A stretch of DNA of 64,000 nucleotides, taken from a virus. The notes under the pieces are model-generated. The model saw only the letters and a list, made by a program, of their open reading frames with translations, had not been told where the DNA came from and ran no database searches. The DNA lies in IMG/VR virus record IMGVR_UViG_3300030419_003599, positions 32,001 to 96,000 of that record; one strand, 5' to 3'. The position numbers and the translations under genes are program-made. The first letter of the stretch is position 1. Each line of letters starts with the position of its first letter. Positions 9,744 through 21,400 of this stretch are shown piece by piece.

Positions 9744-10015
9744 AGAGGTTTCTGTCGCAAAAGAAAATCAAGGAGGCTAATGATTATCAACTGCAGATTG
9801 AATCTTGGGTCTATACAATCGCTTCACATTTCTCAATTTCACCTGTTGAGGTTTGGGATATGCCTCAAGATATATTCCAGAGGACTTTAGGTTGGGTATT
9901 GGCAGTACAAGAAGAACGCGAACGGATGCGCAAAGAACAAACAAAGGGAGCACAGAGTAATACAGAGACTGTAAGCGTTGATTATACAGCATTTTTTAAC
10001 GATGAGGGGATTTGA
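9716..10015 (+). CDS. Tail assembly chaperone -1 frameshift extension (gpGT-like)
   Basis: The -1 frame is open from the G7 run (9710-9716) to TGA at 10013-10015 (VSQSHRDRVKRFL...AFFNDEGI). Its stop overlaps the TMP ATG (TGATG). Confidence 0.75.
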   Translation, partial: VSQSHRDRVKRFLSQKKIKEANDYQLQIESWVYTIASHFSISPVEVWDMPQDIFQRTLGWVLAVQEERERMRKEQTKGAQSNTETVSVDYTAFFNDEGI

Positions 10016-11223
10016 TGGTTTCAGTAGCAGGGGCACAAGCAATTTCTTCTGCATTCCAAATGGCCGCTGATGGGGCCAAGAAGATAGTAGATTGGGTTAA
10101 GCAAATTTGGCAGACAATTAAGGATGCTGCTTCAGATGCTTGGGCTTGGATTCAAGAAAAAGCCTCTGATGCTTACGACTTCATAGACGAAAACTTACTC
10201 ACCCCACTGGGTGAGTTTTGGGGTGACCTCCAAGAGACAGCGGGAGTGGTTGTAGATACTATCCAAGAGAAATGGGGTGAATTGAAAACTTGGTTAGATG
10301 AAAATATATTCACCCCTTTGAGTGATTTTTGGGGTAATTTCAAAGAAGGAGCAGTAGAAAAATTAGATGCTGTTAAAGAATGGTGGGCTAATTTCAAAAG
10401 TTACATAGATGATAATATCTTAACTCCTTTGAAAGACTTTTGGGGCGATTTGGAAGAAGCGGCAGTAGAAAAATTAGACGCTGTTAAAGAATGGTGGGCT
10501 GATTTCATAGAATGGATTGACGAAAAAGTATATACTCCTTTGAGTGATTTTTGGAATAATCTCAAAGATACAGTAACGGATAAATTAGACGCCATTAAAG
10601 AACAGTGGACCTCATTCAAAGATTCTACATTAGAGAGACTACAACCAATCAAAGATTGGTGGACTGGCTTCCAAGATGGAGTGATAGAAAAATGGGACGC
10701 TATCAAGGAAAGGGGTGCAGGGATAGTTGACGGCTTAAAGGAAAAATGGCAAGGGCTCAAAGACTGGTGGAACCAGTTTAAGGATAATCTTACAGAAAAA
10801 TGGGATGAGGTCGCATCAATTCTTGGTAATGCTCTCAAGCCTGCTATAGATGGATTGAAAAGGATATGGAATATGATTGTGAATGCTATCAGTGAAAAAG
10901 GTTTTACTATACCCGGTGTTGAAGCGCTTGATATTGGTCCATGGGAGATATATACCCCTAATTTAGAGGATTGGTTAGTCCCATTGGCTAAAGGTGGTAT
11001 TGTCACTAGCCCGACAGCGGCATTAATTGGTGAAGCGGGAGCAGAAGCAGTAGTACCACTTGATAAAGCGGGTAGTATAGGTGGCACATACAATATGACA
11101 TTCAATCTAAGCGGTCTTACTGACCGCTCGGACAAACGCCAATTTGCCGAAGAAATAAGTAGGCTGATTCAGCAGGAAATGAGAAGAACCGTGGGCTCAG
11201 GGACAACAAGGGGTAGGTACTGA
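10015..11223 (+). CDS. Tape measure protein (short, ~402 aa)
   Basis: Periodic Trp amphipathic helices and C-terminal LAKGGIVTSPTAALIGEAGAEAVVPL typical of TMPs. Confidence 0.85.
   Translation: MVSVAGAQAISSAFQMAADGAKKIVDWVKQIWQTIKDAASDAWAWIQEKASDAYDFIDENLLTPLGEFWGDLQETAGVVVDTIQEKWGELKTWLDENIFTPLSDFWGNFKEGAVEKLDAVKEWWANFKSYIDDNILTPLKDFWGDLEEAAVEKLDAVKEWWADFIEWIDEKVYTPLSDFWNNLKDTVTDKLDAIKEQWTSFKDSTLERLQPIKDWWTGFQDGVIEKWDAIKERGAGIVDGLKEKWQGLKDWWNQFKDNLTEKWDEVASILGNALKPAIDGLKRIWNMIVNAISEKGFTIPGVEALDIGPWEIYTPNLEDWLVPLAKGGIVTSPTAALIGEAGAEAVVPLDKAGSIGGTYNMTFNLSGLTDRSDKRQFAEEISRLIQQEMRRTVGSGTTRGRY
10183..10626 (+). repeat. Four tandem ~111-bp (37-aa) repeats within the TMP
   Basis: Units IDENLLTPLGEFW / LDENIFTPLSDFW / IDDNILTPLKDFW / IDEKVYTPLSDFW; gcagtagaaaaattagaYgctgttaaagaatggtgggct recurs at 10351 and 10462. 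Confidence 0.85.
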
Positions 11224-12416
11224 TGGGGGTTCCAATTCGTTTAATTCGCACAGACGGAGAGAAGATTCCTCTGATGGCAGAAAGCATCACAATGACAGTA
11301 GATAGGTCAGTGGGCTCTATGCCTCTTCCATTCTCAGGTAGTCAGCGTGTGGGTTTGGATTTCAATAGGGCTAAAGCGGCTATAGTTATTACAGGTGTAC
11401 TTACTGATGACGGAAGAGACAAGACACAAACAAGTTCAGCAAGTTTTTGCTTTATTGATTTCGCGAAGACTAAGTTTAACAGGACTTGGTATAGCGCAGC
11501 CTCTTTGGTATTAAATGCAGTTCCTATTTACAATAAAGATATCATAATACTTGATGCACTGGGGAATGAGCATACTTTTCGGCTCACTAATCAAGCCGCT
11601 CTTGCTACAAGTGCTTCAGATATTGCTTCAACGGGGCCGGGTAATACGATAGTGTCTGTCCCAATCGGTAATGCTGCTTCTGCTGCTAATGTGGCCAGCG
11701 CTCTAGTATTAGGCATTAATAGCCTTTCTCATCCTAGTGGTGTCAGTGCTGGTAGTCAGCCGGGTTTTTGGTTCAACGCATCAGCGGAAGCATCTGAAAG
11801 AGACCGTACTCAAGGTAATTGTAAAGTGAAAATTAAACAATCTACTCACGGCCCTCATGGGGGCAACGGTCCGACTTTTCGGGGATGGGGAGGTAGTTGG
11901 TTTGTTGCGACAGCAAGCCATCGTTCTGCTTTTGATACGCCTGCTTATACGGTATGGGAAAAAGGTACGGTCGCAGTTGGTCCTAAATCTGCTGGTGATA
12001 AAGCAATGGACCTTTACGGTTCTCTCAATAATATGAATAACAGTAGTGCTGAATGGAAGGAAAATTTACTGCCCGGTGATTGGTTTGATACATATCAAGA
12101 AAATGTAGATGATGATGACGCTGGGACTGGAGATTATATCATTGGTATCCAGATTCCATATAATTCAATGGTTAAAGGTTCAAACGGAGATTATGTGCAA
12201 CGCAATTTTTTCATGCCCACAGGGAAAAATAAGACTAAAAATAATAAGGGTTCAGAATCCAATAATTCGCCGGTAGATGTAGATTTCCGCCCATGGAACT
12301 TTGGTGGTACTAAAGGCATTAAAGGCACAGTCCAACAATTTGTTATCACTTATGATGCGGGCGAAACTGTCTATAATTATCAATTGACATTCTTGCCTGT
12401 TGATATAATTATTTGA
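11223..12416 (+). CDS. Putative distal tail/tail-tip protein with insertion
   Basis: Follows the TMP by TGATG coupling; C-terminal GTVQQFVITYDAGETVYNYQLTF resembles the Dit/tube fold. Confidence 0.5.
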   Translation: MGVPIRLIRTDGEKIPLMAESITMTVDRSVGSMPLPFSGSQRVGLDFNRAKAAIVITGVLTDDGRDKTQTSSASFCFIDFAKTKFNRTWYSAASLVLNAVPIYNKDIIILDALGNEHTFRLTNQAALATSASDIASTGPGNTIVSVPIGNAASAANVASALVLGINSLSHPSGVSAGSQPGFWFNASAEASERDRTQGNCKVKIKQSTHGPHGGNGPTFRGWGGSWFVATASHRSAFDTPAYTVWEKGTVAVGPKSAGDKAMDLYGSLNNMNNSSAEWKENLLPGDWFDTYQENVDDDDAGTGDYIIGIQIPYNSMVKGSNGDYVQRNFFMPTGKNKTKNNKGSESNNSPVDVDFRPWNFGGTKGIKGTVQQFVITYDAGETVYNYQLTFLPVDIII

Positions 12417-12427
12417 GGTGTTACAAA

Positions 12428-15400
12428 TTGACAGTAGTTGGTAGAAGCAGTCATGCGCTTTTACTCAATGGAGTTAGCGATGGTGTAGTTGTGCCATTAG
12501 CCGATTTTACTGGTTCAGATTTGAAATTGCGCGAAGCCTCTTCTTCCTTACCTACTCTAGGTTCTCCGGTACACGGAGTTAAGACTAGTAGCCATAACTC
12601 CCTTAAGACTCTAACAATAGAAGCATGGGTTCGCCCTGATTGTGGAGGAGTTGTAGTTTCTAAAGCGGAAACATTTGAATTAAAAGTGGGGCAAGTGGGG
12701 GAGCCGGGGCCAGCGGTATTTACATTATTTATGAGTAATACAGAAGGCCCGCAAATTATAGAATTAAGCACAGCATACCTAGATGCAACTCCACGATGGG
12801 TAGGAACTACATACCCTCGCCACGGGTCAGATTTACACGCTTCGTATAATAGTAATATTTCCGGTGTTAATGATGCTACTTCTCTCAATTTTTCTCATAG
12901 AGAATTATTGCATATAGTAGCCACCCTTCGTGGTAATATAATATCCTTATTCATTAATGGTTCTTTAGCGGTCCAAGAAGTATTACCGGAAAGCGGTTAC
13001 CGAGTAAAAATGAGCCCCGGTGATTTTGAAATCGGCGGCACAGGCGGTGAGTTCAGAGGGGCTATTGAAGCGATACATATCGCTAATTCTTTCAATTCCC
13101 AAATGTTAGTAGGACATGGGCCGATACCACTCCCTACTACACTAGGATTATGGAGATTTGAAGAACCGGCAGATGTCCATCCTACCATTTATCAAAGCGG
13201 GACTTTTAGTGCAGGTCCTAGTGTCAAGACAATTACAATAACCGCTGCTAGCGCTCAATCTATTATTGAAGCAATAACTGGAAATACTTACAATTCTGCT
13301 AGCCCGTCTGTAGATTTAACGGCTTCTCCCTATTCTAATGGTAATTACAAGGTAGTAGATTATGTTTCTAGCCCCGGCACTGGGAATACTATCGCTATAC
13401 CCCATACTCCGTATAACATTATGTTCAATGCGGATGCAGTTAATCCTCTTACTAAGAAGCCTAACCAAAAGCCACCTGAACGCCTGCGCTTACTATCAGT
13501 AAATGGGGCAACAGGAGTGCTTGGGGTAGAGAGCATCCATCTTGATTTCACAATAGCGGGGGCGAGAAGAGGAGTACTTTGTGATAGAACTACCAATGTA
13601 GATGACCACTTTGTCCTTTTATCTGGAGATTTGTTGTTAGACTCAGGGACAGGTAAGCCGTATCAACCTCCTCATTATGCTTCACAAGCCATTGACCGTA
13701 CTGGACAAATGGTAATTGATGAAAGTGGTAACGATATGCATGGGCTCATCTATGCGTCTAGTATGGCTACTACAGCCAATACGACCGACAATCCGTTTGC
13801 AGCAGTATGGCCTGCTGCTCTTGATACCGGTTTCCAGATAGGGCATACTGGTCGCCACGCTCTTTCTGCGGTAGATGGGCACCATTACTTACGGCAACTC
13901 CCTCTTGCTAACGAAGAAATTGTACATCAAAGTATTGACGGAACCGCTGATATTACTGAAATATATTATGATTCTAATTATAGAAATCTCAAAGACTCTT
14001 TACCTCCTAATAGTAGAGTAGATATTTTCCGTGATACTCTTAAATCCCAAGTCATGTATGTTCGCAATGAAGGCATAGCATTCCAAATGGTAGAAAACGG
14101 GATGGCAGGTATTGATGATGCTCAGCGTAAAATGTTGGCAATAGGAGGCTCTGGTACCCAAAACCATGCTACTACCAATGTATTTGATTACCAACCATTT
14201 CTACTCAAAAATCCGCTAGAAGGAGGGGTGAGCAATGATGATACTGCATTTAGGCGACATCATCTCCGACCAATTGAAACTAGCCGCGTAGCAATTCTTA
14301 GTGTACCTACACTAGGTACTACTCATAATCTCGCTCCTTTTGTAGAAATACACTATAATGCAGTAGATGTAACCGGCGCTAGTGCTGGTCTCACAGTAGG
14401 TAATGTAGTTAGTGTAAGCATCACTAGTGGGGGAAGTGGTTATTCGGCAGGCACTGCCGCTACTACAGGTGGCACAGGCACAGGCTGCACAGTGACTTAT
14501 ACTGTTTCAGCAGGGGCAATTAATGCTGTCACGGCTATTGCCACTAAAGGGACTGATTATACTGTCGGAGATATATTGACTGTATCTGGTGGAGGGGGGA
14601 ATGCCACCTTAACTGTCACTTCAGTAGGCGGTCCTTGTTTAATGGTAGAGAAAACCGTTCCTTCTGGCGAAGTTGTATTATCTACAGGGCCGACTGTTAG
14701 AGTATTAGATGTAATAGCGGCTGACCTCGCCGATGCAGCCAAAGATACTACTCTTTATTCTCCCGGGGGCATTATCCGTCTTGACACAACTGAGGCCACT
14801 GGTAACTTCCCTGCTGGTGTTACTCTGGAAACTCTATTTGCAGCAGACCCTCATGAGGGTATTGACCATGAGGATATTTTAGATGAAAGTCTCAGTCCGG
14901 CTAACTATACCCCGCTACACTCAAGCGATTTACCTAATGCCAATCCTACATCTGTTGATGCTGAGCATTCCCTTACCCAACAAGATGCTGTATTCAACCG
15001 ATTAGTAATGAATAATAATAACGAAGACCTCATTGACCAATTAACTATTACTGATAATTATTTCAAACGCAACCCGAGCACAGTTAATTCGGGCGTAGGC
15101 GCATACGATATTGGTAATGTTTCAGAATCTACTCATTTATTTGAGTCATATGATATCATCGGCGCTTTCGCAGACAAAGGTAAACGGAAAGGGATTACCT
15201 TCCTTATCCATCCTACTAATAGAAGTAGAACAAATCAATTGAGTAAAGTGGCTTCAACTACTACTCATGCCCAAGAAACTAATACTGTTTCAGTACAATA
15301 TCTAATGAGTCGCGCTCGCGCCCAATCTTTTTCCGATACAGATGGAGATGAAAGGCAATTCACACTAACTTGTGTGGGTCTTATGGGAGATGTCGCATCC

Positions 15401-18400
15401 AGAAGTATTGACCTTTTAGGTGCAGGAGCCCCTGATTCTCATATTGTCAAAGAAGTAATGCCCGGCGCTCCTGTTGTTAGCGTTACTCTCGGTGGAGTCG
15501 GTCAAGGGGCAGTTAATACTAAGCCGACTTTTGACCCTTCACCATTCACTAGATTGGGCTGGAATACTCGGCGCGATTGCGCTACGCAAATATCAGTAGT
15601 CGGTGCTGCTGGTGGTTCTACTGCTACCCTTACTGTGATACCACTCAATAATGATGCCACTGACCTCGCTTCATGGGGCACCTATTGTTTCCCTAAAACA
15701 GGGAGAATATATCTTGAAAATGGAGGGAGTGCTGAATACCAAAGCAAGACTGGTAGCACATTTGTAGTAGATGGGACAACGACTACTGGGACAAACAAGT
15801 TCCTTAACGGAGACGGTTCAGAAGCCGCTAATTATGCGGCATGGCTTTCGGCGAACACCATTATCGCAGGTACTCTCCTTTTAGTAGATGATAAGTTTGG
15901 AGATGACTCAACATGCAACGATGGTTCTACTATCAATGACCGTATGTTTCAACGAATGGATACAGTAAGTCACGATTATCAATTAGGTAGCCAATATGCT
16001 AGCACTCGCGCTCTCGCCGAAATACCTCTTTTCCCTCATTTGTTCTTTGAGGACAGAGAACGATGTATTACACCGGGGCCAGATAATTCTCTCAAATTGC
16101 ATATAGACGCTACGCACACAGCCCACACTTGGGCTCCTAATCCTGTAGGCCGTAGATGCCCAGATAATCCGCCAACAGACCAAACTGTACATTCTGTATT
16201 TTCTTCCAATAAAGCACTAAAAGCATTGAGAAAAGGCACTCACATTACCCGCACTCTTCTGGATAATAGTGGTACATTAGAAATCTATGTAGAAGAACCA
16301 GAGATGTTTTTAGCCTCTACTACAACTGCTACTACTTTTGGTGGAACTCCTTTGGGGGTCCGATACTTTAGGGCTTTCCTCCAAAATGGAGAATGGATGA
16401 TTTATACTACAGTAGATATGGTAAATAAAAAACTCACCATCCCCGCAAACCTTCAACCAGCAGGCTTCTCTAAACATTTCAAAGACACTCACACGGTAGG
16501 AATGAGGCTTTTCCCCGCTCCCGGATTGTTTGATGAAAATGTCCCTGCTATCCGTGACCACCCTAATATTCTAAGCGCTGCTTATGAACGCCGCCGCCCT
16601 TATTACTACGATAGAGCCAATGTACAGACTCAAGGGGGTAATATTGACTATGGGTTAAGACAGTATGTATCTGCAGTTGAGTTTAGGGCGGGACCCCGTG
16701 AAAATCCACATCTCCCTAAAACTAAAACGAAGCGTGCCCGAGCGAAGGTAGTCTCTTGGGACTCTGGTAGCAATTTTTTATTCTTAGATAGCGCTTTAGA
16801 GTTCCCAGAAGCAGGTATTGCTTCAAAATATATGGTTGGGGGAGCCGCCCAATTTATGCACCGTATAGCCTATATTGAGGCGGGTGGGACTGAGCGAACT
16901 GCCCAATATCTCGGTAAGCAAGGCGGTAACCAATTACTCATTTATGCTCCTACTATAGGGGCTGGTTGGAATCCTTCCGCCGGAACAGAAGTTTTCGTTA
17001 AAGCGATAGAGAATGTCAGTGCTACCGCATATCCCCAAGAAATAGAAGGGCCACTGAATGCTTCTTGGGAACATCCTTACGCAGCCGGTGGATTACGAGA
17101 TGGCGATACTATTTGGATGAATATGCATTACACTAATCCTCATGCTGTAGAAGGATTATTCTGCAAAAGTCGCGGCACTTTCAATGAAGCGAAAGTGAGT
17201 GCTCACTTTAACGGAGGGGAAGGGGCATTGGCTTCGCGCCCTAGAGATAGTATCCCGCTTGAGAACTTCCTCATTGGTAATGACTGTTTAGAAACGGCGC
17301 GCAATATGGCGCAGCATGTCAATAAAACGATAGAATTGAATTGGACTGAACTTGGTCGCGATGACGCTGTCCCAGTCGTGGCTTTTGTAGACCCCTACCA
17401 AGCCACTGAAACTTTTGCTCGTGTTTTACTCTATGATGTAGCGCATGATAGAGAGTTTGTCGCTATGCAAGATATCCATATGCAAGTACAAAGTAGTCCT
17501 GCTACACCGAAAATAGGAACTGGCGCTTTACATGAAGACCCCGATGACACAGGGAGTGGTTTTGATGGAATTGCTACTACAACAAACTACAGCACACAAT
17601 TGGATGTAGCCGCTGGATTTGAAAGCGAAGATAAAACGCTACGCCCTAATACTCAATCTGATTTCATGGAAAGCGCTTTTACTCACAATTCAGTTTGGAA
17701 TAGCCAATTGGCATTGGCGACAGCCACTGCCTCTCATATTGACCATGAGCATCATACTCAAGACGCAGGTTGTTTAGGTGATGGGTCATTCCCTCGTACC
17801 GCCGAATCTGTTTGTTGCCCTTCACAGGCAGCGACTAGACATATAGATTCGCAAGCCCCCGCGAGTCCAATTAATGAATACGCCACTTTCTTTGATACCC
17901 CTGAAGGGACAAGAGCGATTCCTGCTTTCCTTTGCTTAAAGGGGATACGAAACCAAACACTTGATTTATCTAATCACAGGGAAAACCGACTTCAACATCT
18001 TCCTCATTGGACTCAAATGGATTTCGTGCGAAGGCTCACAATTGATTGCGGTGAAGTAGGAGTCAAAGAAGGTGTAACTGATATTGAGGCCGCCGCTAGA
18101 GAAATAGTTCGCCTCATCAATCAAGGAGGGGCGCTCAATGGGCGCACACACGCCCGCAGACCGGCTGACCAATATCCGGGTGAAAGCGAAAGACTTGACC
18201 TCGCTACTATAGGCCCTAATCCTGACGCTGCCCATTCTGACCTTGACTCATCTGCCCCACATTTATTTGCTGATTTCTCTGCTACTGGTAGTACTTTTGA
18301 CCCAGCGCCATTCTGGGATGAAGAAAAATCGTTCTCATCATATGATAGAGGTACGCATATGGGATATATCCGTGCTCATATTGGCCGTGTAGTAGAAGAT

Positions 18401-21400
18401 TCTGAAGGTAACGAAGGCTATACTGTCGTTATCCATAGCACAATACCCGGGGCGAGTGGTCGCAATTTCTGTGTATGGCTTGATAACGCTCGCGGTCAAT
18501 CATCATACCGACCAGAGTTCCTTATCGGCCATGGAGGGCGCTTCCGCAATTTCTGGTGTAAGCCCGATGAAGTGCTAATGGAGAATATGCATCCAGCGCC
18601 TATGCCTATCAATAAAGATGGGCGGCCATTCGCCCCAATAACTACTCTTAATGAATACCTCCCTCCAGAAGAGCCTGAAGATGAGTTCCGCAATAATTTG
18701 AATTATGGTTTAATTTCAACAGCGGGAGACCCCGTAACTAATGCTAATAATGAAGCAGTAATGGGACGAGTTCAAAATACTGTTTACCATGATTCGTTTG
18801 AAGGACAAAGCCCTGATTCAGTCCTTACCGAAGGTTTGCGTATGGGTACTCATTCCCATGCTCGCATCAATTTTGGTGGATTAGTGGCAACAGGTGTCCC
18901 CGGCTTTTCACCTGATGCAGGTCAATGGGGTATGGGTAAAAATGGTAACACCCGCTATATACACACTTACGGCAAAAATATAGCAGCGGCTACTAGTGTC
19001 GCTTACACATCAGGTACTACTGGGTCACGCCATGTACCAGCAGCAGATGTGACTGATGATGCTATAGGTAGTACTAGTGAACTCTACGGTCTGCGTTTTA
19101 CTGACCACATAGGGCGAACCCACACAATCCGGTTCATTTATTCACAATTTGGAGAACCATTCGTAAATGAAGATTCTTTATTACCCCCTACAATAGATAA
19201 CGAAATCTGTATTTGGATAGATGACCGCGATTGTGCCCAAGGCGGTTTTACAATTGGTAGGCATATGTGGGGAGCGGGAGAAGTATGCGGGCGTCTTACT
19301 GGAACTAGTGGTAATAATTGGGTAGGAAATGAGTGGAGAGGATATCCATCCCCTGCGTCTGGTATCCATGTAGCGACTGCCTCAGTATCAAGCACTGCTG
19401 TCACTATGACTTTTACTGAACCTTATCACACTGGCAGCAGTCTAACAAACGGAGATATGTTAGGATATTTAGGATTCCCCGATTCAGGCGTTTTCCAATA
19501 TAGTAATGGTAATACTCGCACAGATACTTTTTCCTATACTCACCGTACTCATAATAGTGCATCGGGCACCCATACTTTTTACGGAGTATCTGGTGATACA
19601 TCCCTTTTAGTTAATGATAGAGTCATCACTTCTCGCATTAATTGGACTACCTTATTGACAGATGAAGTTTTAGCCGCTGCTGTAGATTTCGCCATTAATA
19701 TGGAAAATCCTAATTCAGAAAGATTGGCAGAGACTTCTTTTGATTGTACTAATTTAAGGGCAGCAGATGGTAAAACTCTAGGTGAGTGGGGTGTATCACC
19801 TACCGCCATCCGCGTGCGCGCGCATAGCCGTAATCATGAGGTAATGCCTTTACGCTGTTTATTTGAAAGTACTCTCGGGAAAGATTGGGGGCTTAACGCC
19901 AGTAATCTTGATAGTGAATTAAGCGATGCCAATATCACTAATGGTAAGCGTTTTGCTACTGGTTATTTACCGAGCACTGTTCTACATATTACAACGCGTT
20001 ATAGAGGGACAGGAGGGAATACTGCTACTCCTATTCTTGTAGATACAATGAATAATGCGGTAGATACAGAAATATGGAAAGAGAATCTTCGTGGCACTCG
20101 TTACTTGAGTGACCCCGGCGACCTCATTTTACCTAAAATTGAGAATGTCACAATTGAGATTGACCAAGCCACCATTGATACAAGCGCCACTCCTCGCACA
20201 ATGACGGTAGCAGCAGGGTTACAACTTTGGAGACTCTTAGTCCCTGCATCCAATGACACTGATTCTTGGAGTGAAAAGAAAAAGGTATGGCTTGATGACC
20301 AAGATTGGGCAGTAGTAGAAACTACTAACCGAGTACATGCTACTTTCCCCAGTAGAACTGAATTAGTATGGCCATCTACTAATGACGCTGCCATTTCTCC
20401 TGATTGGAATACTAAGATAGAGGCTTTTGATGCTGCTAATATCAATCCGGTATTATCCGCCTATGCTTTACCGGCAGAAGTATTGCAGTTTGATGGTTTG
20501 CGCCTTAAGGGTAGCGAATACGGAGAACCCTTAGTCTATTTCCGAGGAGGGAGAGATAGCCCAGACCACAGCGTCCCTGTCTATTTCGGTGGCGGGTTCA
20601 GCGGTGTAGTGCTTGATATTAATGATGGTACTGCTAATGATTATAGCGACTTCTATACACATCCTTACGCCAAAGGCCCAACTGGTAGCGCGGGATTACA
20701 AAATATTGGAGAAAAATCTACTTCTTATTGTCTTCTTGACTGCGCTGCCATCCTCGCTATGTTCCCCGGCACTCCATTCCTTGATGACCACAAAGGCAGC
20801 AATAACCCTCCCTATTTCAATCAGGATACTATACTCTCTCAAGATACTGATGCAGGCAATAATGCTTCTGCTGCTTCCACAGGTATTACTTATGCTAGTG
20901 GAGGTAATACTGTTAATTGTACTAGACCTAGCCCTGTCATTCTCCGTTTTGGGCATCAGCACGCCCGCTATAGCCCCACAGGAGACGGAGGAGGGAAAAC
21001 TACCTACATTATTTTCGGGCCGGGCCAAGCATTCCCTCATAACACAGCAAGTGTTCAGCCCCAACCTAGCGATATAGTTACTACAGGCAACGGTTGGAGC
21101 AGCGTCCCTGCACCGAATGTCTTTCTCCCTAATGAAATAAGTCACGGAGATTCCACCAGTCGTAGCGGATTCAATGCTAATCTTCCCCCTACTAGGGAGT
21201 TCCAACGAGGTAATGTACAAGGCTGGAATTATGAAACTAATTGGGAACCTGCCCACGGTTCCCCTAATGTGATTTCCGCAGATAACAGCGCTGCCCCCGG
21301 GACAAAGTTTGGTTACGACCAAATGCCGCATAACGGATTATACTATGGCAGTCATTATCAAAATGTGGCTTCATGCACTCCTCCTCCCTATTCGCACCCA

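Noticed and set aside
10401-11135. 244-aa antisense ORF and the many other antisense or nested ORFs in the track
   Set aside because: Shadows of real genes on the opposite strand, with no RBS, coupling or motifs.
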